Positions 9,293 to 18,820 of a DNA stretch of 64,000 nt are shown here, in pieces (within the stretch, counting starts at the first letter, position 1; every line of letters begins with the position of its first letter). The DNA lies in the NCBI GenBank assembly GCA_965223845.1, contig CBDCXR010000004.1, forward strand, positions 192,001 to 256,000, given 5' to 3'. A program made the position numbers and the translations under genes. Under the pieces are notes generated by a model, which saw nothing but the letters and a program-made list of their open reading frames with translations, was not told the DNA's origin and searched no databases. The DNA is from Planctomycetota bacterium (GTDB lineage Bacteria > Planctomycetota > UBA8108 > SXIK01).

Positions 9293-10648
9293 ATGGATCG
9301 ACCCTTGGCTCGCATCTCGTTCCGATCGCTCGTCGCCGCCGTCGTTCTCTGCGCTGGGTGGGCGCCGGCTCACGCGGAGTCGGTCACGTCGCTCCAGAAG
9401 AAGCTCTACGCGCATCTCAGGGCCGGCGATTCCGACGCCGCCAAGGAGGTCGTTCGCGAGCTCGCCGCCGCCGGCACGCCGACCGCTTATCGGGCTCTGA
9501 TCCGAACCGGACTCGTCGGCCAGGACTACGAGGTCGAGAAGCTCGTGGGCGGGTATCTCGTTCAGATTTCGGGTGAACCGGGGCGGAAGCTCGTTCTGAA
9601 GGAGCTTGCGAAGAACTCCAACTACCGGACCCGAGTCGTTCTCTGTGCCGTCGCCGCGCACTGGGCGCAAACCGACGCCGCGGCGCTCGACGCGCTCCAC
9701 GGCGCGATGGTCGATCCGTCGAGACCGGTCGCGTTTGCGGCGCTCGCGCAGATTCAGAAGCTGAAGAAGTGGGAATCCGTCGAGCCGCTCATCGATGCCC
9801 TCGAGTCGCGCCTGCGGAAGCAGGATAGACTCTACTTCGACCTTCGCTCGACGCTGAAAGCGCTCACGGGTCAGTCGTTCGACGCGATCGCCGACTGGCG
9901 CAATTTCGCCGCCACCCGGAACGGTCGACCGCCGCCGCCGAAGCGGAAACCGAAGCGGTCGAAGAGCTCCACCGTTCTCTACAAACCGCCGACTTTCTTC
10001 AGCGTCTCGTTGGATTCCGACCGCGTGCTCTTCGTGATCGACGTGTCGCAAAGCATGCTCGTTCGCGACCCCGAGCTGCCGCCCGAGCTCGTGTCGTCCG
10101 GCACCGGTCGGCGGTCCGGCCGTACGGTTGCGGTCGCTCCGAAGAAGGAAGGAGAGAAGGATCCGCCGCCGAAGCCGCCGGGACCGGAGCGTGAACGTCT
10201 CCTCCGAGTCAAAAAAGAGCTCGTCAAGGTGCTCAACGCGCTACCGGCGTCGACGCGCTTCGGGGTGCTTCAGTTCAGCCACAAGCTGTCGTTTTTCGGG
10301 GGCACGTCGACGCTTCACGGAGCTACGCCGGCGAAGAAGTCTGAGGCCGCGGCCTGGGTAACCGGGCTCAAGGCCTACGGCGCGACGCGAACGGACCGCG
10401 CGCTCCAGCTCGCCATGAGCATCCCCGAGATCGATACCATCTACCTGCTCACGGACGGCCGACCGCGCGACGAGCGCGACGGCAAGATCCCCATGGAACC
10501 GATCCTCGATTTCGTCGAGCACGAAAACCGGTTTCGCAAAGTGCGCATCCACACGATCAGTTTCGAGCAGGTGAAGAGTGCCGAGATGCGGAACTTCGTG
10601 CGCGAGCTCGCGAAGCGAACGGGCGGCGAGTGCCATATGCTGCGCTGA
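9293..10648 (+). CDS. Exported HEAT-repeat + von Willebrand factor A domain protein
   Basis: Signal peptide ending APAHA; HEAT-like helices (VEPLIDALE, LKALTGQSF); vWA MIDAS VLFVIDVSQSM, GATRT, IYLLTDGRP. Confidence 0.8.
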   Translation: MDRPLARISFRSLVAAVVLCAGWAPAHAESVTSLQKKLYAHLRAGDSDAAKEVVRELAAAGTPTAYRALIRTGLVGQDYEVEKLVGGYLVQISGEPGRKLVLKELAKNSNYRTRVVLCAVAAHWAQTDAAALDALHGAMVDPSRPVAFAALAQIQKLKKWESVEPLIDALESRLRKQDRLYFDLRSTLKALTGQSFDAIADWRNFAATRNGRPPPPKRKPKRSKSSTVLYKPPTFFSVSLDSDRVLFVIDVSQSMLVRDPELPPELVSSGTGRRSGRTVAVAPKKEGEKDPPPKPPGPERERLLRVKKELVKVLNALPASTRFGVLQFSHKLSFFGGTSTLHGATPAKKSEAAAWVTGLKAYGATRTDRALQLAMSIPEIDTIYLLTDGRPRDERDGKIPMEPILDFVEHENRFRKVRIHTISFEQVKSAEMRNFVRELAKRTGGECHMLR

Positions 10649-10704
10649 CTCGGACCGGATCGGCTTCGTGGTCAGGGAGAGTGCTTTGGGCGAGTCGCGC
10701 CCGT

Positions 10705-12180
10705 CTAGAGCCCGAGCTCGCGAGAGAGCCATTTCGAGACGAATCGCGCGGCGAGAAAGAGCCCGATCCAGGCGGCGATCCAGAGCGGGAGGAATCGCGC
10801 CCCGGACGGCCTCGTGCTCGTGGGGGCGCGCGGCGCCGGGCGTCGGGGAGCCCGAGTCGGAGCTGCCCTCGATACGGGGGGCGGCTCGTCGCGCGAGGGA
10901 ACGACCTCCTCGATCGCGACCTCGTCTTCGGGCGCGGTCGGGCCGTCGGTGATCGGCGAATCCCACGCGACCTGGTGAACGCCGCTCTCATCGTCGTCCC
11001 ACGCGATGGTGCTCCGTGCGGGCGAAGGTGCAGCGACGGCTGCGCTTTCGGCGCCGCGATCCGCGCGGCGGCTGAGCACACGCGCGACTTCCTCGCCGGG
11101 CGGGCGCGATGCCGGCTCCTTCGCCAGCATACGATCGAGGAGTACGGACACGTCGTCAGGTATGCCTCCGGCGACGACATCGGCCGGGGCCGGGCGAGTC
11201 TCGCGGTGTCGCTTCTGCAATGTGACGACGTCTCCCTCGCCCATCGGCGGCGTCCGCGTGAGGAGGTGGTATCCGAGCGCGCCGAGATTGTAGACCGCGG
11301 CCGCCGTGTCGCTCTTCGCCGCGCCCTTCTCACCGACGTACTCCGGTGGAAGATAGGGCGCGAACTCGGGGAGATGTTTCGTGTCGCCCGAGGCGTGCGC
11401 GACGAACGCCCCTAGGTCGAACGCCGGCAGCAAGGGGCGCAGGGCGGAGTCGACTTCGACGTGGATGAATGCGATCGGATGGCTCTCTCCGCTCGCCGCT
11501 CCGCGTTCGAGCACGGCTTCGACGAGATCGCGAAAGAACGCGAGCCGGACGGAGAGATCGGCGGACTCGACGACGTCGAGCACCGCTCGATCCGTGGGGG
11601 AGACCGTTCCCCGCACGCCGACGAGAATCGGGCCCCCGGCGTCGGCGCTCACATGGAGTACGGGCTGGAGCGAGGCGTGCTCGAGCTCCATTCCGACGTT
11701 CGCCGCTGCGCGAATACGTTCGACCACGCTCGGCTCGGGCCGGCGTGCCGGATGGATCCAGTCCATCCTCACTTCGCGGTCCATCGCGCTCTGGTGCGCG
11801 CGACAGGCGAAAACTCCGGAATCCTCGCGCAGCGCCTCGAGCATGCGCGTCCCGTGGTGCTCGTCGGGCGGCGGCGGAATCCACTCGCCCGCGGCGAAGG
11901 CGAAGAGGCGCGACCCGGCCTGAAACCGCCCGCCGTCCTGAAGCTGAACCGGCCGCGAGATTCGTTGCCGTCCGACGAACGTACCGTTGCTCGAGCCGAG
12001 ATCCTGCAGCACCCACCGCCCTCGATCGAGGACGATCGCGGCGTGGCGACGGGAGCAGCGCGGGTCGTCGAGTCCGATCTCGTTCTCGGGATCGCGCCCG
12101 AGCACCGTCGGACGACGTGAGCGAAATACGGGGTACTCGTGGCCGGCGGTCGGCCCTTTCACTTCGCGCAGAATTGGCAT
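10705..12180 (-). CDS. FHA domain + degenerate Ser/Thr kinase domain + C-terminal TM helix
   Basis: FHA motifs LGRDP, SRRHA, LQDLGSSNGTFV; kinase-like YLPPEY, VYNLGALGYHLLTRTPP, RMLAKEPASRP, but no VAIK, HRD or DFG. Confidence 0.8.
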   Translation of the reverse strand: MPILREVKGPTAGHEYPVFRSRRPTVLGRDPENEIGLDDPRCSRRHAAIVLDRGRWVLQDLGSSNGTFVGRQRISRPVQLQDGGRFQAGSRLFAFAAGEWIPPPPDEHHGTRMLEALREDSGVFACRAHQSAMDREVRMDWIHPARRPEPSVVERIRAAANVGMELEHASLQPVLHVSADAGGPILVGVRGTVSPTDRAVLDVVESADLSVRLAFFRDLVEAVLERGAASGESHPIAFIHVEVDSALRPLLPAFDLGAFVAHASGDTKHLPEFAPYLPPEYVGEKGAAKSDTAAAVYNLGALGYHLLTRTPPMGEGDVVTLQKRHRETRPAPADVVAGGIPDDVSVLLDRMLAKEPASRPPGEEVARVLSRRADRGAESAAVAAPSPARSTIAWDDDESGVHQVAWDSPITDGPTAPEDEVAIEEVVPSRDEPPPVSRAAPTRAPRRPAPRAPTSTRPSGARFLPLWIAAWIGLFLAARFVSKWLSRELGL

Positions 12181-12455
12181 GGGGGAGGAGAGAGCGGTCG
12201 ACGCCAGCGGCGTCCAGGTGGCGGGTTCAGAAGACTATGATACGGGACCGGATCGAACGAACAAAGCCCTCGTGAGTTCGGCCCGCTCGAGCGCGCCGCG
12301 GGACGCCCCGCGGCTCTAGCCAGCCCGAGTTCGGACCCCGTATGCGCCGCGTTCGTCGCAGTGTGAACGCGCGGTTCGAGAACGTCGCTGCGTCGAGTGC
12401 AGCGCTGATACCCATCCGCCTCGCCGTGGAGATTCGCTGCTTTTGGCGAGGGCTC

Positions 12456-12464
12456 TGTTATGAT
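12456..12464 (+). promoter_or_regulatory. extended -10 promoter candidate upstream of rsfS
   Basis: TG-T-TATGAT in an AT-richer intergenic patch. Confidence 0.4.
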
Positions 12465-12611
12465 GAATTCATACGAGAGTATCGCGACTGCGGACGCCGG
12501 GCGCCACTCGAGGGTGCCGTCGGCGGGAGTCGAACTCGTATAGGCGTCCAGGTGCACTTCGGAAGTACTTTTCGGGAGTTCTTTTTGATCGAGCAGAGAC
12601 AGCACGCTCGG

Positions 12612-13121
12612 GTGCAGAGCGCGGCGTCGAGTCCGAGTCGGCGCGGCGAGGTGGGGCCTCAGTTTTCGCGGCGACTCGCGGTTCACTGCGCACAGTTCCT
12701 CGACCGGCACAAGCTCGAGGATATCGCCGTCTTCGAGGTCGGGCCGTCGATGGGGATCACCGACTACTTCGTGGTCGCGACCGGTCGGAATTCTCGCCAC
12801 TTGCGTGCGGCGAGCGACAAGCTCCTCAAGGAGCTCCGCGATCAGAGCGTCGAGCGACGATCGGTGGAAGGCTACAAGGACGACAAGTGGGTGCTCGTCG
12901 ATCTCGACGAAGCGGTCGTCCACCTCTTCGGGGCGGAAGCTCGCCGGTACTACGACCTCGAGCTGCTGTGGGGAGACTGCCCGCGGGTCGAGTGGGAGGA
13001 CGAGCGCGGCATGGCGAGCGACGAAGCCCCCGGCGATCACCTCGTGGACGGCCCTTCGAGCGAGCTCGCGCGCCGCGATCCGGGTGACCTTCCGTCGCGC
13101 GACCGATTCGGCGCGGAATAG
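12612..13121 (+). CDS. rsfS: Ribosome silencing factor RsfS (Iojap)
   Basis: ITDYFVVATGRNSRHL, EGY...WVLVDL..VVHLF..EARRYYDLELLW; start uncertain (GTG 12612 or 12651). Confidence 0.92.
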   Translation: MQSAASSPSRRGEVGPQFSRRLAVHCAQFLDRHKLEDIAVFEVGPSMGITDYFVVATGRNSRHLRAASDKLLKELRDQSVERRSVEGYKDDKWVLVDLDEAVVHLFGAEARRYYDLELLWGDCPRVEWEDERGMASDEAPGDHLVDGPSSELARRDPGDLPSRDRFGAE

Positions 13122-13140
13122 TCCGTCCAGCGGGGATGCC

Positions 13141-13674
13141 ATGGCCGAGCCGGGTTGGCGAGTATCTCTCGAGACGCGATCGGTCGAGGAAACGACGCAC
13201 CTCGCCGCGGATCTCGCGCGTTGTCTCTCCGGTGGCGATGTCCTCGCGCTGACCGGTGACCTCGGCGCAGGGAAGACGACGTTCACGAAAGGGCTTTGCG
13301 CCGGGCTCGGGATCGACGACGAGCGAACGGTCTCGAGCCCGACTTACGTCCTTGAGCACCGGTATTCGACGCGAGTTCCCGTCATTCACTACGACGCTTA
13401 CCGACTCGCCTCGGCGGAGGAGTTCCTGGATCTCGGCTTCGACGAAGCGCTTCAGTCTCGCGACGCGATCCTCGTCGTCGAGTGGGCCGATCGTGTGCTC
13501 GCTGCGTTCCCGTCCGATCGGCTGAACATCGCACTCGGGTTTTCGCTCCGGGGCGCCGCCGCCGATGACGGTCACCGGTCGATCGATGTTTTCGGCCCGG
13601 TCGATCCTTGGGCCGAAAAGCTCGGTGAGTGGGCGGCGAGGTACGCGGCGGATCCGCACGCGCGGCTCGAATGA
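13141..13674 (+). CDS. tsaE: tRNA threonylcarbamoyladenosine biosynthesis ATPase TsaE
   Basis: LTGDLGAGKTTFTKG, VSSPTYVL, HYDAYRL, VVEWAD. Confidence 0.95.
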   Translation: MAEPGWRVSLETRSVEETTHLAADLARCLSGGDVLALTGDLGAGKTTFTKGLCAGLGIDDERTVSSPTYVLEHRYSTRVPVIHYDAYRLASAEEFLDLGFDEALQSRDAILVVEWADRVLAAFPSDRLNIALGFSLRGAAADDGHRSIDVFGPVDPWAEKLGEWAARYAADPHARLE

Positions 13675-14077
13675 AGACCGATCGGCGACGCGGCCGGGGC
13701 TCCGTCCACGCGTTGCCGAATCGAGCGCAGAGCCGGTGGGAATCGGGGCCAGAGGCGTAGACGATCGCCACGCGTGCATGGTCCGAAAACGCCGGGAGGC
13801 GCGCGAACGCACCGCCGCGAGTCGCGAGGGATCCGGGCGGAGCCCCAGCCGGGCCGCCGCGTAAAGTTTTCCTCCGCGTTGAGCGGATAAGTAGAGAAGG
13901 TCCCAATGTGGAATCGATCCGCCGGGACCCCTCCGCGAGGAGAAATGAACGGGGCGACGAGCGATTGTCTCCGCGTCGTTCTGCTGGCGGACGCTGGACT
14001 CCGATTTCGCTCCCCTTCGTCGATCGCTCCCCGCCCGTTCGTTCGCGCGGATTCTCCCACGACTCATCCCCGCCCGC

Positions 14078-15409
14078 ATGGCCACTGAGAAGTCACTCGA
14101 CGTCCGCATGGGACAGGTCTTGATCCGCAACAAGGCCTGCTCGCTTCGTGACGTGAACCACGCGTTCGCTGAGCAGCGCCGCCTCCGCTCGGAGAATCGA
14201 CGCGCGACGCTCACCGAGATCCTGATCGCGCAGGGCGTGATCTCCGAGGATGACGCCCGCGCGTCGCTCGCTGCGGTCGGTCAGCTCTGCCTCTACTGTT
14301 CTCGCTGTGATCGCTACGACGTCCTCCGCTCCTACCGGCCGGATCGCGACGCGAACTGCGCGATCTGCGGCGAGCCGCGCGTCGCGGTGGAACCGGACGT
14401 GCGAAAGGAGGCGCTCCGCGGGGCGCAGGAATCCTCCGCCGCCGCGGCCGCTCCCGACGAGTCGCGATCGTCGCCGGCGGAACCCGATCCGCGCGGCGCT
14501 CGATCCGAGACTCCCGCGCAGCCGGTCGAGACTGAGCCCGTGGGAAACCCGAAGCGCGCGGACTTTCGCGGGGCCGTCCTCGGCGGCTGCGAGATCGTCG
14601 AGAAGATTGCGAACGGCGGGATGGGGGTCGTCTACAAAGCGCTCCAGCTCAACCTCGGGCGCACGGTCGCGGTGAAGGTGCTCGCCGAGGACCTCGCGAA
14701 GGACACGAACTTCATCATGCGCTTCCAGCAGGAGGCGCGTGCGGCGGCGCAGCTCAATCACGGCGGCATCGTGCACATCAACGACGTCGGCGAGGAGTCC
14801 GGCACTTTCTATTTCGTGATGGAGTACGTGGACGGCGAGAACCTGAAGACTCTGCTCGAGAGTGGCGTCGAGTTCTCGGTCGCGCAGACGATCGAGATCA
14901 TGATCCAGGTGTGCAAGGCGCTCCGCCACGCCCACCATCGCGGAATCATTCACCGCGACATCAAGCCCGAAAACATCATGATCACGAAGGACGAGTTGGT
15001 AAAGCTCGCCGACCTCGGCCTAGCGAAGCGCGTGTCGGAGGAGTCGGCCGGACTCACCCACGCGGGATCGATTCTCGGCACGCCGTACTACATGGCGCCC
15101 GAACAGGCGAAAGACTTCAGCAAGGTGGACGTCCGCTCGGACATCTACAGCCTCGGTGTGACGATCTATCGTCTCCTCACCGGGCAGGTTCCGTTCTACG
15201 GTCGCAGTCCGATCGAGGTCATGATCAAGGCGATCGACGGCAACAAAACGCCGATGCGTGAGCTGCGCTCCGAGATCCCGGTCGAGATCGAAGCTCTCGT
15301 CGATCGCATGATGCACAAGATGCCGAGTGAGCGGTACCAGTGCGTCGACGAAGTCCTCGAGGACTTGATGAAGATCGACGTATCGCTGAAGAGCGCGGCG
15401 GCACACTGA
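14078..15409 (+). CDS. Cytoplasmic Hanks-type Ser/Thr kinase with N-terminal MshEN-like and zinc-ribbon regions
   Basis: GGMGVVY, VAVK, HRDIKPEN, DLG, GTPYYMAPE, DIYSLG; N-terminal RMGQVL..AEQ/TLTEILIAQGVIS; CSRC..CAIC. Confidence 0.93.
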   Translation: MATEKSLDVRMGQVLIRNKACSLRDVNHAFAEQRRLRSENRRATLTEILIAQGVISEDDARASLAAVGQLCLYCSRCDRYDVLRSYRPDRDANCAICGEPRVAVEPDVRKEALRGAQESSAAAAAPDESRSSPAEPDPRGARSETPAQPVETEPVGNPKRADFRGAVLGGCEIVEKIANGGMGVVYKALQLNLGRTVAVKVLAEDLAKDTNFIMRFQQEARAAAQLNHGGIVHINDVGEESGTFYFVMEYVDGENLKTLLESGVEFSVAQTIEIMIQVCKALRHAHHRGIIHRDIKPENIMITKDELVKLADLGLAKRVSEESAGLTHAGSILGTPYYMAPEQAKDFSKVDVRSDIYSLGVTIYRLLTGQVPFYGRSPIEVMIKAIDGNKTPMRELRSEIPVEIEALVDRMMHKMPSERYQCVDEVLEDLMKIDVSLKSAAAH

Positions 15410-15841
15410 GGTGCGAGGGCGGTCGTGGGGCGTCGCGCGTTCTTCCCGCTCGGCGTAGAACTCGCGCTTGACGAGACGACTCGTTCCCGTAATCTCAATG
15501 GACGCGAACCGCTTTGTGGTCGAGTCCGCTCCGCGCCCCCAAATCTCTCGGAGAGCGGCCCAGTCGATGACTTCGGGCCAGCTCCTCACTCCCGGGGACG
15601 CGCGACACAGCAGATCCCTCCAATCGCGAATCGTGCGGCAGAGTAGAGCCGGTGGGCGACCCGGAGCGATCGCCGGACGCGGAGAGCGCTCGCAGCGAGC
15701 GCCCGTGGATTCTCATGAAAGAGAGCTTCGACGAGCGATCGTCTCGGCTCGGGGGCGGCTGACACGAACGAGTCGGCCCTCGACTCGAAGCGCATTGTTT
15801 GGGTCGGGCCGATTTTCTTCGCGCGGGCTCACCGCGCGGCA

Positions 15842-16174
15842 ATGACTGCGATGCATAAGCCCTCCGACTCGTCGTCCGAACGCCGTGAATTCCTGTTCGA
15901 TCGCGACACCATCGGTCGGCCGGAAGAAGAGCTCGCCGCCGTCTACGAGCGCCGGAGATCGACTTCGGAGCGACTCGACGACCGGGCGGCGGTCGAGCGC
16001 TGCGATGAGGCTTACGAAGTGGCGCGGAAGTCCCTCGCCGAGGTGCTCTCGAATCCGGGACTCGGGCCTCGCGGGGCGGAACGTCGTGCGCGTGGGTCAA
16101 CCCCCGGCTCGGATGGCGACCGCACCGAGGACGGGAGCGCGGGCGAGCTCGAGCACGGAGACTCGATGTCGTGA
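15842..16174 (+). CDS. Hypothetical small acidic helical protein
   Basis: Fills the gap before the SMC-like gene with plausible codon style; no family recognised. Confidence 0.4.
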   Translation: MTAMHKPSDSSSERREFLFDRDTIGRPEEELAAVYERRRSTSERLDDRAAVERCDEAYEVARKSLAEVLSNPGLGPRGAERRARGSTPGSDGDRTEDGSAGELEHGDSMS

Positions 16175-16294
16175 TGCTCCGCGCACCAGAGCCCGCCTGG
16201 AGACGCATCGTCCGGCGCCGCGATCACCGCCCGATCAGCGCGTCGCCATCGATCGAGTAGTCGCCGACGATATGCCAGTCAGCGAGGGCATCTC

Positions 16295-18820
16295 ATGTTG
16301 ATTCGTTCGGTCCGCGGGCAGAACTTTATGCGGTTCGAGTCCGTCGTTCTCGACGGGCTGCCACGCCGCGGGATGATCGCGATCGAGGGGCCGAACGAGA
16401 GCGGCAAGACCACCATCGGCGAGCTACTCTTCTTCGCGTTTTTTGGTCACTCGCGTTCCGCCGAGCGCTCGAGTGTCGCCGATCTCATCCGTTGGGGCGC
16501 TCAATCGATGGCGGTCGAGGTCGAGTTTTCCGCTGCCGACCGCGCGGGCGAGACGAATGACTATCTGATCTACCGCGAGGTCGACCGCGAAGGTACGAAC
16601 TACGTCAAGCTGCTCGAGCTTCCGAGTCGGCGGGCGATCGCGACGGGGAACGTCGCGGTCAACGAGTTTCTCGCGCGCGAAGTGCGCTTCGACGCGTGCG
16701 AGTTCCAGCGGTCGTTCTACTACGACCAGCACGAGGACCGCCGCTTCGGCGTCGAGGGCTCGCAGGTGAGCTTCTTCGAGCGCGCGACGGGCATCTCCCA
16801 TCTCGCCGCGGCGATCGAACGGATCCGGGAGTCGACCGCGGCGCGCGAGGCCGAGAGCGCGGCGTGTGAACGCGACCTCGCGCGGTACCGCGATCAGATC
16901 GCTCGACTCGAGAAGATCGTCGGTCGGCGAGAGCTACTCGAAGAAAAGAGCCGTGGACTCGAGAGCGACGTGTCGACCGCCGAGGGCTCTGCGAGCACGC
17001 ACCGAAAGCACGCGGACGCCGAGCGCGCCGAGGCGAAACGACTGCAGGGCGACGCCGCGCTCCTCGGCGAAGCCGTCGGCGATCGCACGATCGCGTCGAT
17101 CGTCGAGGACCTCGAGCGCGTGGTCGTCTCCGGCCGGGCTGCTTCCGAGGCGCGACCGGATCTCCACGCCGACTCGCGCTGGCGGGAGTCTCTGGAACCC
17201 GCGCGCCGGAAACTCGACGATTTCCATCGTCTCGTCCGCGAGACCGGAGAGCTGACTCGACTCGGCGGCGAGCGCCTCGAGCGTCTCGAGGTGGACCTGG
17301 CGCCGGACGGCCTCCAAGCCGATGCCGAGCGCTGTCGAGTCGAGGTCGAGCGGGCTCGCAGCTCCGGGACCCGGTCGCTCGTTCTCGGAATCGTCGGCGG
17401 TCTTCTCTTTCTCGCCGGGATCGGCACGATCGTCGCCATCGCGCAGGGTCTCGTCGACTTCGGCGAGCAGAACCGAAACGGGATGATCGCGGGCGGCACC
17501 GCGGGCGGCCTCGGTCTCGTTCTCGTCCTGCTCGCGGCTTGGCGCGGCTCGGCGAGCTCGGCCGCGCTCCGGCGAGTCGAAGAGCGGCGAAGCGAAACGT
17601 CGGCGCGACTCGCGGAAACGACGCGCTCGCGCGATTCCCTTAGCGCCGCCCTCGACCGCGCGAAAGGAGACGATCTCGCCCGCGTGGTCGGCGAGCTGAA
17701 AGCCTGTGGCGATGCAACCATCGCCGACCGAGCCGCGAAACTCTCGGGCGACTGGCAATCGGCGTTCGGTGAGTCGGATCTCTGGTCCGTGCGCGACGAT
17801 CTCGCCAAGAGCTATCGTTCGCTGCGTGGGAAGCTTCTCGACGACGCATCCAAGAACAAGAAGAAAGCTACGGACGACGACCGCAACGCGAAGAACGTCC
17901 GCGGCGAGCTCGATCGCGCGCGAAAAGAAGTCGCGGAGTGCGAGGCCCAAGCGTCGAGGCTCGAGGCGGTTCGTCGCCGCGCGCGCGAAGCCGAGGAGGA
18001 CGCGGCGCGACTGCGCTCGCGGGTCGCGCGCGATCAAGCGGCGATTCGGCTTCTCGAGGAGACGATTCAAAGCGTCCGGGCGAAGGTCGCTCCCGCTGTG
18101 CGCGCGCATCTCCGCGAGGTGCTCCCGCGACTGACTGCGGGTCGATACCGCGACGTGCGAGTCGACGACGATCTCCGCGTCCGCGTCTTCTCGAGCGAAA
18201 AGAGCGATTTTCTCTCGCTCTCCGAGCTGAGCGGCGGGACGGGTGAAGCCCTCGGCCTCGCCGTTCGACTCGCGCTCGCGCAGACGTTCGTGAGCTCGCG
18301 CGTGCGACGGGCGCAGTTCGTCTTTCTCGACGAGCCCTTCAAGATGATGGACGCCGAGCGAAGCGCGGCGACACTCGGCGCGCTCCGAGCCTTGAGTCCG
18401 GACCTTTGTCAGGTCTTTGTCGCGCAGCCGACGCTCCCCGACTCGACGCGCGGCGATTTCGATCTGCTCATCGAGACTCGCGGCGCCGAATCGGACGAGG
18501 ACGGCGGAGTTCGTCTCGTGGTCGAGGGCGACGGAGCGGGATTCGAGCCGCTTCCGAACGGCGCCGACGCGAGCTCGCGCGGCGCGACGAACGAGCCGGA
18601 GATCCCGGTCGCGCCGCCGAGTACGGACGGCGTCGATGCGCGGGGCAGCTCCGCGGCGGAGGGCTCCGCGGCTCGAAGCTTCGCACCGGTCGTGCCGGTG
18701 GTCGTCCCGCCTCCCTCCGACGAAGAGGACGAAGAGGACCCACCGGCAGACTCGCCCTCCGGCGGTGCGTCTTCCGAGCGCGAGCACGATTCGTCGCCGC
18801 AGCCCGACGGAGCGCCGTGA
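16295..18820 (+). CDS. SbcC/Rad50/YhaN-like SMC-type ATPase with a central TM hairpin
   Basis: NFMRF, Walker A GPNESGKTT, long coiled coils, signature LSGGT, Walker B/D-loop FVFLDEPF..MD; two hydrophobic helices mid-protein. Confidence 0.85.
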   Translation: MLIRSVRGQNFMRFESVVLDGLPRRGMIAIEGPNESGKTTIGELLFFAFFGHSRSAERSSVADLIRWGAQSMAVEVEFSAADRAGETNDYLIYREVDREGTNYVKLLELPSRRAIATGNVAVNEFLAREVRFDACEFQRSFYYDQHEDRRFGVEGSQVSFFERATGISHLAAAIERIRESTAAREAESAACERDLARYRDQIARLEKIVGRRELLEEKSRGLESDVSTAEGSASTHRKHADAERAEAKRLQGDAALLGEAVGDRTIASIVEDLERVVVSGRAASEARPDLHADSRWRESLEPARRKLDDFHRLVRETGELTRLGGERLERLEVDLAPDGLQADAERCRVEVERARSSGTRSLVLGIVGGLLFLAGIGTIVAIAQGLVDFGEQNRNGMIAGGTAGGLGLVLVLLAAWRGSASSAALRRVEERRSETSARLAETTRSRDSLSAALDRAKGDDLARVVGELKACGDATIADRAAKLSGDWQSAFGESDLWSVRDDLAKSYRSLRGKLLDDASKNKKKATDDDRNAKNVRGELDRARKEVAECEAQASRLEAVRRRAREAEEDAARLRSRVARDQAAIRLLEETIQSVRAKVAPAVRAHLREVLPRLTAGRYRDVRVDDDLRVRVFSSEKSDFLSLSELSGGTGEALGLAVRLALAQTFVSSRVRRAQFVFLDEPFKMMDAERSAATLGALRALSPDLCQVFVAQPTLPDSTRGDFDLLIETRGAESDEDGGVRLVVEGDGAGFEPLPNGADASSRGATNEPEIPVAPPSTDGVDARGSSAAEGSAARSFAPVVPVVVPPPSDEEDEEDPPADSPSGGASSEREHDSSPQPDGAP

